NCBI GenBank assembly: GCA_902570035.1
Contig: CACFWO010000002.1
Coordinates: 1,054-65,053 of the forward strand
DNA: 64,000 nucleotides
Source of the DNA: an uncultured SAR86 cluster bacterium
GTDB taxonomy: Bacteria; Pseudomonadota; Gammaproteobacteria; Magnimaribacterales; AG-339-G14
Direction of reading: 5' to 3'
Positions within the stretch are counted from its first letter, which is position 1; every line of letters starts with the position of its first letter. The notes under the pieces were generated by a model. The model made no database searches, was not told where the DNA came from, and saw only the letters and a list, made by a program, of their open reading frames with translations. The position numbers were made by a program, and so were the translations under genes. Shown here one piece after another: positions 28,854 to 36,728 of this stretch.

Positions 28854-29843
28854 ATGAAAGCTTTTGTTTGTAATGAATTCGGACCTATTGATATTCATAA
28901 AGTAGAAGAAGTAGCAGAGCCAGAATTATTGGATGGCCAGGTATTAATTGATGTAAAAGCTGCTGGTGTCAGTTTTCCTGAAGTACTTATAGTCCAAGGC
29001 TTATATCAGTTTAAGCCTCCCTTTCCTTTTATTCCTGGAGGTGAAGTAGCTGGAGTAATTAGCAAAGTTGGCGCTGGCGTTGAGAACTTTAAGGAGGGTG
29101 ACAGAGTTATTGCCATGACTGGAACCAGTGGAATGGCTGAAAAGGTAGCTGTTTTTGCAGCTTCAATTTTTAAATTACCCGATTCTATGAACTTTGCTGA
29201 AGGAGCAGCATTCCCTTTAAATTATGGAACTACTATTCACGGACTAAAACAAAGAGCAAAGCTTCAGGAAGGTGAAACTCTTATGGTCTCTGGTGCAGCA
29301 GGCGGCCTAGGTATTACTGCCATTCACTTAGGTAAAGCAATGGGGGCTAAAGTAATTGCCACAGCATCCTCAGAAGAAAAATTAGAAATTTGCAAACAAG
29401 AAGGTGCTGATGAAGTTGTTCTATACCCCAGAGATATGGATAAAGATAAACAAAAAGAGCTTTCAAATAACTTAAAGGCTGTAGCTCCAAATGGGATAGA
29501 TGTTATTTACGATATTGTTGGCGGGGATTATGCCGAACCGTCTCTTAGAGCGATAGCAAGAAACGGCAGATATCTAGTGATAGGATTTACCGCTGGAATA
29601 CCAAAAATGCCTCTGAATTTGACCTTGCTAAAAGAATGTCAAATTGTTGGAGTATTTTGGGGACAATTCATAGGGTTAGAGCCTGAAGTAAATAAGCAGA
29701 ATTTTGATGACTGTTTTGAGATGGTTAATAGCAGAAAATTTAAACCTCTTGTCTCACATACCTATAAAATTGAAGATTCAATTAGTGCGCTGAAGTTTAT
29801 ACAAGATAGAAAGGCAACTGGGAAAGTTATTGTTGAAATGTAA
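28854..29843 (+). CDS. NADPH:quinone oxidoreductase-like MDR protein
   Basis: The start is placed at ATG 28854 (MKAFVCNEFGP) behind a GGAG SD. The ORF-track start at 28779 would overlap gshA. It carries a GAAGGLG Rossmann motif. Confidence 0.8.
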   Translation: MKAFVCNEFGPIDIHKVEEVAEPELLDGQVLIDVKAAGVSFPEVLIVQGLYQFKPPFPFIPGGEVAGVISKVGAGVENFKEGDRVIAMTGTSGMAEKVAVFAASIFKLPDSMNFAEGAAFPLNYGTTIHGLKQRAKLQEGETLMVSGAAGGLGITAIHLGKAMGAKVIATASSEEKLEICKQEGADEVVLYPRDMDKDKQKELSNNLKAVAPNGIDVIYDIVGGDYAEPSLRAIARNGRYLVIGFTAGIPKMPLNLTLLKECQIVGVFWGQFIGLEPEVNKQNFDDCFEMVNSRKFKPLVSHTYKIEDSISALKFIQDRKATGKVIVEM

Positions 29844-29869
29844 AAAAAGGGGGCTTTTGCCCCCTTTTT
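29844..29869. terminator. Bidirectional intrinsic terminator between convergent genes
   Basis: AAAAAGGGGGC-TTTT-GCCCCCTTTTT: a GC-clamped stem flanked by an A-run and a T-run. Confidence 0.8.
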
Positions 29870-29878
29870 CACAACACA

Positions 29879-30289
29879 TTAGTCAGAGCTATTGTTTATC
29901 CATAGTGGCAGGATAATGTAGAGCCCTAGAATCACCCAAAATAAAGTAATTAAAGGATCTCCAATCAATGAGTAAGTTGGTTCCCCTTCGCCAGCGAAGA
30001 AAGCTATAAAGCTATCAAACCTTCCGGAAGGTTCTTCAACCTGGCTTAATGCATAAGCTGTTCCCGCGGTTGTCCAATCGGTAAAGGCTTGTTGAACAAT
30101 GCCAAAATAAACGATTAGAAGTCCGAAAACGGTTGTGACCAGTTTTGTAAACAAGTTCGCGTTTCCAGAATTTACTAGATTTAAAGTAACTCTCGCTGCA
30201 AACCAAGCAGCAAAGAAGGTAAATAATGTAAATATCCCTCTGCTTACCAAAGCAAGCTGATAAGACGACCATATTTCATATTCATTCAT
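29879..30289 (-). CDS. Paralog 1 of uncharacterised ~135-aa 3-TM membrane protein family
   Basis: The start is placed at ATG 30289 (MNEYEIW) behind GGGAGAA, whereas the ORF-track start is an upstream TTG. It shares the W-x3-R, NLFTKLVTTVFGLLIV and FIAFFAGEGE blocks with the three neighbours. Confidence 0.75.
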   Translation of the reverse strand: MNEYEIWSSYQLALVSRGIFTLFTFFAAWFAARVTLNLVNSGNANLFTKLVTTVFGLLIVYFGIVQQAFTDWTTAGTAYALSQVEEPSGRFDSFIAFFAGEGEPTYSLIGDPLITLFWVILGLYIILPLWINNSSD

Positions 30290-30351
30290 ATTTTCTCCCA
30301 TGTTTAATGAATTCAATCTTTATATTATTTGAAATTATTGGTTCTTGAAAC

Positions 30352-30380
30352 AAAAAAAGGAGGCTTGCGCCTCCTTTTTT
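30352..30380. terminator. Intrinsic terminator downstream of paralog 2
   Basis: AAAAAAAGGAGGC-TTGC-GCCTCCTTTTTT lies 12 nt after the stop of 30392..30796. Confidence 0.8.
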
Positions 30381-30391
30381 CTAAATATTAC

Positions 30392-30796
30392 TCAACTTTG
30401 TTTTTTGACCCAAATTGGTGCTAATAACATTATTGTCACAACTAACCAAAACACAGCAAAAACTGGATTGTTTGGAATCAAATTAAAAGTTGTTTCGCCG
30501 GTTCCAAGGAACTCAACAAAGGCTTGTCCTGATGAAGACAAATTATCAAGCTCAGCTAGCTCGTTAACTACACTCTGCCAAGTTATATCTAAGAAGCCAA
30601 TCGTTTGTAAGTTAATAAAAACTATTCCTAATGCAAATAAAGTCACTAAGATTTTATTCAACATTGGTGCGCCTTCATCATAAATTCTAAGAGTAGCTCT
30701 AAAACCTACCCAAAGTAAAAATAGTCCCCCAACTTGAAAAATTGCATTACTGATCAAGAAGCTATAAAAGCCCATCATTATTTCATTTTCAGTCAT
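30392..30796 (-). CDS. Paralog 2 of uncharacterised ~135-aa 3-TM membrane protein family
   Basis: 134 aa. SD TAGGAGAA. Blocks W-VGF-R, PMLNKILVTLFALGIV, FVEFLGTGE and a C-terminal PIW. Confidence 0.75.
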   Translation of the reverse strand: MTENEIMMGFYSFLISNAIFQVGGLFLLWVGFRATLRIYDEGAPMLNKILVTLFALGIVFINLQTIGFLDITWQSVVNELAELDNLSSSGQAFVEFLGTGETTFNLIPNNPVFAVFWLVVTIMLLAPIWVKKQS

Positions 30797-30858
30797 ATTT
30801 TTTCTCCTATAAAATTTGAACTGAATTAATATTAGATAAATAGAATGTGAAAAGCCAT

Positions 30859-30891
30859 AAAAAAAGGAGGTTAAGAACCTCCCTTTTTTTT
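30859..30891. terminator. Intrinsic terminator downstream of paralog 3
   Basis: GGAGGTT-AAG-AACCTCC stem (30866-30882) flanked by an A-run and an 8-T run. Confidence 0.8.
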
Positions 30892-30907
30892 GGCTTTAGA
30901 TTGACTT

Positions 30908-31324
30908 TTAACTTTTTGGAGCTGGGGAAGTCCACATACCACCTATAAGCCCTACGAGAATTGCTAATATAAATACAATTCCTATTGGGTCAGACGGGAT
31001 TAATGACGAATTGACGTATTCTGTTGCTCCAGTGCTTTCAACAAAAAGTTGAAGCGCACCATTAAGTTCTTCTCCTGATTCAGAAAGAGCATAAGCCCAG
31101 TTGTTCACAGTGGAAGTTATGTTGCTATAAGTTCCAGCAAAGAAACTTACAATGCATAAAGACATTATTGTGTGCACCACTTTTCCAAAAGTATTTGCAC
31201 CATATATATAAGCATTGCTTACCCCTCTAAACATCATCCAAAGAAGCAATACATTCCCAACAAAAAAAGTTGCGAATAGCTGCATAAAGCCAAGATAGCT
31301 TTCTGAAATTTGTGTTATTTCCAT
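30908..31324 (-). CDS. Paralog 3 of uncharacterised ~135-aa 3-TM membrane protein family
   Basis: 138 aa. SD TAGGAGA. Blocks W-MMF-R, NTFGKVVHTIMSLCIV, FVESTGATE and a C-terminal GMW. Confidence 0.75.
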   Translation of the reverse strand: MEITQISESYLGFMQLFATFFVGNVLLLWMMFRGVSNAYIYGANTFGKVVHTIMSLCIVSFFAGTYSNITSTVNNWAYALSESGEELNGALQLFVESTGATEYVNSSLIPSDPIGIVFILAILVGLIGGMWTSPAPKS

Positions 31325-31347
31325 TTTTATCTCCTATTTTAAAAAAT

Positions 31348-31755
31348 TTATTTTCTTGGTATCCATATCAAACCAATAATCATTATGGCGACAGTAACCA
31401 AAAATATAAGTCCAATTGTATCGGGCATTCCAACAGGCTCCGTTGTGCCAACAAAATCTAGAAAACCTTGAGCACCTATTGGATCAGGAGCATTTTCAAC
31501 TCCCATCTCGGTTATCCTCCTTGCAGTCATAACCCAGTTGTTTGCTGCGATGGCAAACGCTTGAAAAGAGCCTGCAACAATTGAAAGCCCAAAGACTGTA
31601 CTTAAAATTTTGGTAAACAAATTTGAAGATGGATTCTCTCCAGTCATATTAGCTGTTCTTAAGGCCAGCCAAATTGCAATAATGCAACCTATAAAAGTTA
31701 ATGCATCTGCCAATCTATTCATTTGAAAAGAATTCAAAATAAATTCTGCATCCAT
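31348..31755 (-). CDS. Paralog 4 of uncharacterised ~135-aa 3-TM membrane protein family
   Basis: 135 aa. SD AGGAGGAG. Blocks W-LAL-R, NLFTKILSTVFGLSIV, FLDFVGTTE and a C-terminal LIW. There is a 23-nt gap to paralog 3. Confidence 0.75.
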   Translation of the reverse strand: MDAEFILNSFQMNRLADALTFIGCIIAIWLALRTANMTGENPSSNLFTKILSTVFGLSIVAGSFQAFAIAANNWVMTARRITEMGVENAPDPIGAQGFLDFVGTTEPVGMPDTIGLIFLVTVAIMIIGLIWIPRK

Positions 31756-31813
31756 AATCTCCTCCTATTAGAAAATGTAATAATTAATTTTAACAAATCT
31801 AATAGATTTATTT

Positions 31814-31857
31814 AGACTTTGTGTAAAAAAGTTGCAGACTTTGTGCAAAAAAGTTGC
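31814..31857. repeat. 2 x 22-bp tandem direct repeat in divergent promoter region
   Basis: AGACTTTGTGTAAAAAAGTTGC followed by AGACTTTGTGCAAAAAAGTTGC, with one mismatch. A degenerate third partial copy (AATGTCAAAA) follows. Confidence 0.85.
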
Positions 31858-31900
31858 AAAGAATGTCAAAATTTTCTGAATAAATGAGTATAGTTTACAA

Positions 31901-32215
31901 ATGTTCGAAATTTATTTAGATAAAGCAAAAAAATACCGTTTCCGCTTAAAAGCGAGAAATGGAGAGAATATCTGCGCTAGTCAGGCCTACACATCAAAAT
32001 CTTCTTGTATGAAAGGGATAAAATCTGTTGCTAAAAACGCAAAATCTAAAGACAACTTTATTTCTCAGGAATCTAAATCTGGAAAATGGACTTTTAGATT
32101 AAAGTCTGGAAATAATAAAGTTATAGCAACCAGCCAATCATACAAAGATAAATCGTCCATGAATAAAGGGATTAAAAGTGTGATGACTAATGCTCCAAAG
32201 CTTGTAATAGATTAA
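31901..32215 (+). CDS. yegP: YegP-family protein (two DUF1508 repeats)
   Basis: 104 aa. Internal duplication: KYRFRLKARNGENICASQAYTSKSSCMKGIKSV and KWTFRLKSGNNKVIATSQSYKDKSSMNKGIKSV. Confidence 0.75.
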   Translation: MFEIYLDKAKKYRFRLKARNGENICASQAYTSKSSCMKGIKSVAKNAKSKDNFISQESKSGKWTFRLKSGNNKVIATSQSYKDKSSMNKGIKSVMTNAPKLVID

Positions 32216-32248
32216 TACTTTCCTTTTATCTTTTTGGAAAGCCATTAA

Positions 32249-33568
32249 TTATTGCCAAGTAACTTTTGCAAAAGTACCAGTGGTGCAATAAAAAATATCT
32301 CTGTTGAAACCAGGTGTTAAAAACATACCGTTGGCTAATCTTGCATTTACATCGACTTTGCTAAGTAATTCTCCAGTCTGAATATCCACAACAATTAAAT
32401 AGTCTTTATCGTTTTCAAAACTATTGATCACCAGTTCTTTTGTCTCAGGAAAAACAACCGGCTGCATGGTTGGTCTAACTTCTAAAGTCCAAGATAAATC
32501 TAGATTTCCATTTTTTGTTGAAATACCTGCTAATCCTCCGTTAAGACTGTCCCATGCAATGCAGGTTTCTAATTCTGGAACATTAACCGGTGGAGCAATG
32601 ATACCCCCGCCATTTTTTTCAAAAGGTTCAATGGAGGATAGATTTGATGTTGTGAGATCAAGCCTTATAAGTCTTTGTTTGCCAGTCCATGGTGCAGGGC
32701 TTCTCCAACTCAAATGAGTATTTTCTTCAACTCTGCCGTTGGGATGAACACCGTAAATTTGTCTTACTGAATCTATATCTCCGTTATCCATCAACCAAAG
32801 AGCCCCATCAGAGATGCACCCATCCCATGCTAAACCTTGAACACCTTCCTCATTTCTATAAGGTGGCTGCCACTCTTGATCAATTTCTAAATTTTTTTCA
32901 TTAATCTTCAATCGCCAGATTCTCGAGATTCCTGGGACGTAAATGTATTCGCCTTCTGAAGTTAAATCACTTGCAATCCTCCCCATTGAACCTTCAGGAA
33001 GTTGGATAGTCTCGATAACCTCAAGATTATCAGGATTTAACCTAGTTATTGAAGAATTACTTTGATTTTCAAGTCTGCAGTCTTTAGTGACTATAGTTCC
33101 GTCAGATAAAATTAATAATCCATTGTGAGCCTGATCAATAGGAAGCTGTTTTTCAATTAAAACTTGGCACTTACTATTTAAAACATGCATAAAATTTCCG
33201 TTAACCTTGATAATGTTTCCATTGTTGTGGACAGCTATGGCTCCGCACCACACATGGTCCCCGCAGGGTAAATTAGGACTTTCACTGATAGTCTCAAGGG
33301 TTACAGGATCTATTCTTTGCAACCATCCGAAAGGTTTTGGTCCGTTGAAGAATGGCATCGTTCCGCCAAGATAAAACTCATTCTTGTCTCTTCTTACAAC
33401 CATTACATTCCATTTTCCGGAAAGAACCGATTCTACTTTTGCATTAGCTCCCTTAGCAAACAGACCACCTTTGGCTGCTTTCTGTCTTCTGTTCCCCCCA
33501 CACTCAACAGGCCATGGAGATTTAAAATAACCAGGATGTTGGTTTTCTCTATCTAATGAGTTACTCAA
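32249..33568 (-). CDS. Hypothetical cytoplasmic protein, beta-rich (possible beta-propeller)
   Basis: 439 aa with no signal peptide. Repeated short beta-strand/turn patterns rich in G/N/D/W. No family recognised. Confidence 0.5.
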   Translation of the reverse strand: MSNSLDRENQHPGYFKSPWPVECGGNRRQKAAKGGLFAKGANAKVESVLSGKWNVMVVRRDKNEFYLGGTMPFFNGPKPFGWLQRIDPVTLETISESPNLPCGDHVWCGAIAVHNNGNIIKVNGNFMHVLNSKCQVLIEKQLPIDQAHNGLLILSDGTIVTKDCRLENQSNSSITRLNPDNLEVIETIQLPEGSMGRIASDLTSEGEYIYVPGISRIWRLKINEKNLEIDQEWQPPYRNEEGVQGLAWDGCISDGALWLMDNGDIDSVRQIYGVHPNGRVEENTHLSWRSPAPWTGKQRLIRLDLTTSNLSSIEPFEKNGGGIIAPPVNVPELETCIAWDSLNGGLAGISTKNGNLDLSWTLEVRPTMQPVVFPETKELVINSFENDKDYLIVVDIQTGELLSKVDVNARLANGMFLTPGFNRDIFYCTTGTFAKVTWQ

Positions 33569-33631
33569 TTTTTATTCTTGGTTTTTTAGTTAATTTAAAA
33601 ACTTTAATCTATAAGATAATTCTTTATCTTA

Positions 33632-34282
33632 TTAACGATTGTAAGTTAAAACGCTCTCCAAAACAGTGACCATGTTATTTGGATCGACAGGAGATTTAAA
33701 GAAGCCGTAATATCTACCCGATGGGCTTAATAGTGCAAGATTCATACTGTGATCCATATCGTAGTCAGTACGTTTTGAATCTACTACCGGCACAAATGGA
33801 AGTGTTAGCTGAGTTGCTAAAGTATAAATAGTTCCAATGTCACCGCTTACGCCTATAAAAGATGAATCAAAAGATTTAGCGTATCTATTGATCAGTTCTG
33901 GAGTATCTCTGTCTGGATCAACAGAGACAATCATAAAATTGATTTTATCTCTTAATTGAATGTTTCTTTCAGCAAGAAGATTTGAAGTCTTTTTCATTTT
34001 TGCCATAGTCATTGGGCACATATCAGGACACGAGGCAAATCCCATGAATACCAAATGCCATTTCTCAAGCAAATTTGTTTGCTTGAAAACTTCTGTCCCT
34101 GACTGAAGCCTAAAATCTGTTAACTGTCTAGGTGCTGAGAGCTCATAAAATTTGAGCTCTTTGTATTCATCTTTGGTGAGCTCTTTAGGTGAAACGATGC
34201 TGTAGACAAAAACACCGATCACTAATGATACCAATACAAGGCAAGATAAAACCGTTAATCGAATATTTGAAGTTTTAGACAT
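33632..34282 (-). CDS. SCO1/SenC copper chaperone
   Basis: 216 aa. N-terminal TM anchor, CPDMCP (CxxxC) copper site and a downstream conserved His. Confidence 0.8.
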   Translation of the reverse strand: MSKTSNIRLTVLSCLVLVSLVIGVFVYSIVSPKELTKDEYKELKFYELSAPRQLTDFRLQSGTEVFKQTNLLEKWHLVFMGFASCPDMCPMTMAKMKKTSNLLAERNIQLRDKINFMIVSVDPDRDTPELINRYAKSFDSSFIGVSGDIGTIYTLATQLTLPFVPVVDSKRTDYDMDHSMNLALLSPSGRYYGFFKSPVDPNNMVTVLESVLTYNR

Positions 34283-35147
34283 AAGTTACCACCGCCCTAT
34301 CAACGATCATCAATAAAAATATTAACGTTAAATAAACAATAGAATATAAAAATAAACTCATGGAATTATCTGCGCCTGTACTTTTTTTTAATTTCCAAGA
34401 TTTTTGTATGAATATTCCGCCAAGAATTACTGCTCCTATCAGATAAAGATATCCAAAATATCCAGTTGCAAATAAAAGTAGCGACACCACCATTAGTAAA
34501 ATTGAATAAAGAACTATTTGTATCTTTGTGTACTCGATACCTTTGACCACTGGCATCATCGGAATTCCAGCTTTTGCATATTCGTCTTTTTTATTGATAG
34601 CAAGAGCCCAAAAATGTGGCGGGGTCCAGATAAAAATTAACAGCACAAGTAAAAGTGGTAAAGGATCTATGGAACCCACTACAGCAGTCCAACCTAGCAA
34701 AGGAGGCATTGCTCCTGCTAAACCACCGATGACAATATTTTGTGAACCGGAAAATTTAAGCACTTTTGTATAAAAAAATGCATAAAAAATCCAAGTTCCA
34801 AATGTTAAAACCCACGTTAAAAAGTTATTAAAGTACAAAATCAAAGCAGATCCAGCTATAAAAAGAAAACTTGCAAACACGGTTGCAGAAGTCACACTGA
34901 TTTTTCCAGTGACAATAGGTCTTTTGACTGTTCTTTCCATTACAGAGTCGTATTTAAAATCTAAAATTTGATTAATTGCAGCTGAAGATCCTGCAATAAA
35001 AGCTATGCCTAAAAAACCTGTCAGAGCTTTGATGATATCGAGGTTGAAGTTTGTGGCTAAAATCATGGAAGCGCCAGCAGTGATCATCAATAGATATAAA
35101 ACTCCAGGTTTTGTGAGTTTAAAAAATTCAGAAATAGTTAGGCTCAT
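34275..35147 (-). CDS. cyoE: Protoheme IX farnesyltransferase (heme O synthase)
   Basis: 290 aa polytopic UbiA-family protein. It has a DSVMERTVKRP-type motif and sits in the cox cluster. Confidence 0.9.
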   Translation of the reverse strand: MSLTISEFFKLTKPGVLYLLMITAGASMILATNFNLDIIKALTGFLGIAFIAGSSAAINQILDFKYDSVMERTVKRPIVTGKISVTSATVFASFLFIAGSALILYFNNFLTWVLTFGTWIFYAFFYTKVLKFSGSQNIVIGGLAGAMPPLLGWTAVVGSIDPLPLLLVLLIFIWTPPHFWALAINKKDEYAKAGIPMMPVVKGIEYTKIQIVLYSILLMVVSLLLFATGYFGYLYLIGAVILGGIFIQKSWKLKKSTGADNSMSLFLYSIVYLTLIFLLMIVDRAVVTYV

Positions 35148-36148
35148 GCGGGGCTTATTGTAGATGATTTTAGTCTAACAAAGGATAAATACATCAGAAG
35201 GAATAAGGCTCCTAAGTTGTGAGCGATGGCAACGTATAAAGGAACTTGAAAATATATATTGGATATACCTAAAACTATTTGGAAAGAAATTAGTGACGCA
35301 AAACCCAAAGAAGTTAAAGGATAATTTTCCTTGAAAAAACGCCACGATAAAAGAAGGAAGACAATGGATACAGCAATTGCACCCAATCTATGAATAAAGT
35401 GAATCGCTATTCTGGATTCCACATCCATCTGTCCTCCAAGGTAATCGGGTCCGATTTGCTGAAAGAAATTAAAACCTTTTGCATAGTCTGCTGGAGGCAA
35501 CCACTTTCCATGACAAGTTGGAAAGTCTGGACATGCTAATGCTGCATAATTTGAACTTAGCCAAACTCCTAAAATTATTTGAGCAAGCAGAAATGGAAAG
35601 GCCCAATTAAGGAGAGTGCTCGTTTTTGGTAACAATGAAAAGTTAATATTAAAAGATGATCTTAAATGGGATGACCTTAAAAAAATTAGGAAAACCAAAG
35701 TAGTGGTAAAAAAACCTCCTAACAGGTGCAAGGTAACAACTTGCGGCCACAGTTTCAGGCTTACGGTTAGATAACCAAAAAGCGACTGGACACAAACCAG
35801 CAAAGTGGCAGCATAAATAAGGTTTTTGAGCCATTTATCCTTGGTCTTAGCAATAATAGCGATAAAAAATAGGCCAAAAATAAGTAAGCCAAGAGTTCCA
35901 GCAAAATATCTATGGACAACTTCTGGAATTGCCTTTTCAACTTCAAATTGCCTTTCCGGATAAGCAATGTTGGCTTGCTCAATTTCAGATTCTGTTTCTG
36001 GCATCCAAACGTAGCCGTAACAGCCAGGCCAATCGGGGCAACCTAATCCGGCATCGACTAATCTCGTCCATGCTCCTAAACCCACTACAACAAAGGCTAG
36101 GAAGATTCCTATCAGGCTAATTACTTGAATTCTCTTATAGCTATCCAA
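35144..36148 (-). CDS. ctaA: Heme A synthase (COX15/CtaA)
   Basis: 334 aa with about 8 TM helices. CPDWPGC and CPDFPTC pairs and conserved His residues (HR..A). Confidence 0.8.
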   Translation of the reverse strand: MDSYKRIQVISLIGIFLAFVVVGLGAWTRLVDAGLGCPDWPGCYGYVWMPETESEIEQANIAYPERQFEVEKAIPEVVHRYFAGTLGLLIFGLFFIAIIAKTKDKWLKNLIYAATLLVCVQSLFGYLTVSLKLWPQVVTLHLLGGFFTTTLVFLIFLRSSHLRSSFNINFSLLPKTSTLLNWAFPFLLAQIILGVWLSSNYAALACPDFPTCHGKWLPPADYAKGFNFFQQIGPDYLGGQMDVESRIAIHFIHRLGAIAVSIVFLLLSWRFFKENYPLTSLGFASLISFQIVLGISNIYFQVPLYVAIAHNLGALFLLMYLSFVRLKSSTISPA

Positions 36149-36728
36149 TTTTTGAAACCCTCAATAATTTTTTTAAGTCTTCAAGGATTTGCTTAAAGTT
36201 TTCATTTTTATCCTCTTTAGGACCATAAAACATGATGATGTTTCCTAAAGGATCAACTATAAACAAGGATCCCTCCTCAAAAGGATCAATATTCTGGCTT
36301 TCAAATTCTTTAGCTATCAAAGAGCCCTCTAGATAAGTAGCATGGTTAAGTGGCTTATATTTTTCCAAGATATCGTAGTCTTTATCTGACTCGCTGAGGA
36401 GAAATCTTGACACTCGGATACTCTCTCGATTTAAGGCTATGTTGGCTTGTCTTGCAACATAAGCTGCATCATCGCAAGTTGATGAGCAATCACCTTTAAT
36501 AAACTGGAAGATCATCCAGTCTCTTTCGATGGTTTCAATGTTAAAGGGTTGATACTCATAAGTGACCCCAAGCTCACCAACATCAATTGGCGGCGACAGA
36601 AGTTGGCCGTTATTTACCCTACCTTCTGGAAGTGATGCACCCGAGTAGTACCATACTGTGCTTGAGAGGATCACCAAGATTGGAGTTAAGAAAATTAGCA
36701 TCGCTATGACAAAATTTTTCTTAATCAT
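36141..36728 (-). CDS. Membrane-anchored protein of unknown function in cox assembly cluster (CxxxC, thioredoxin/SCO-like?)
   Basis: The start is placed at ATG 36728 (MIKKNF), which forms an ATGATTAA overlap with the SURF1 stop. It has one N-terminal TM helix and a GDCSSTCDD motif. Confidence 0.5.
   Translation of the reverse strand: MIKKNFVIAMLIFLTPILVILSSTVWYYSGASLPEGRVNNGQLLSPPIDVGELGVTYEYQPFNIETIERDWMIFQFIKGDCSSTCDDAAYVARQANIALNRESIRVSRFLLSESDKDYDILEKYKPLNHATYLEGSLIAKEFESQNIDPFEEGSLFIVDPLGNIIMFYGPKEDKNENFKQILEDLKKLLRVSKIG

Noticed and set aside
28539-28898. 119-aa minus-strand ORF
   Set aside because: It is antisense to the well-supported gshA 3' end, and its sequence is hydrophobic, low-complexity and AT-codon-rich.
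30345-30683. 112-aa plus-strand ORF overlapping paralog 2
   Set aside because: It is entirely antisense to a gene with clear paralog support and runs through the terminator hairpin. It has no SD.
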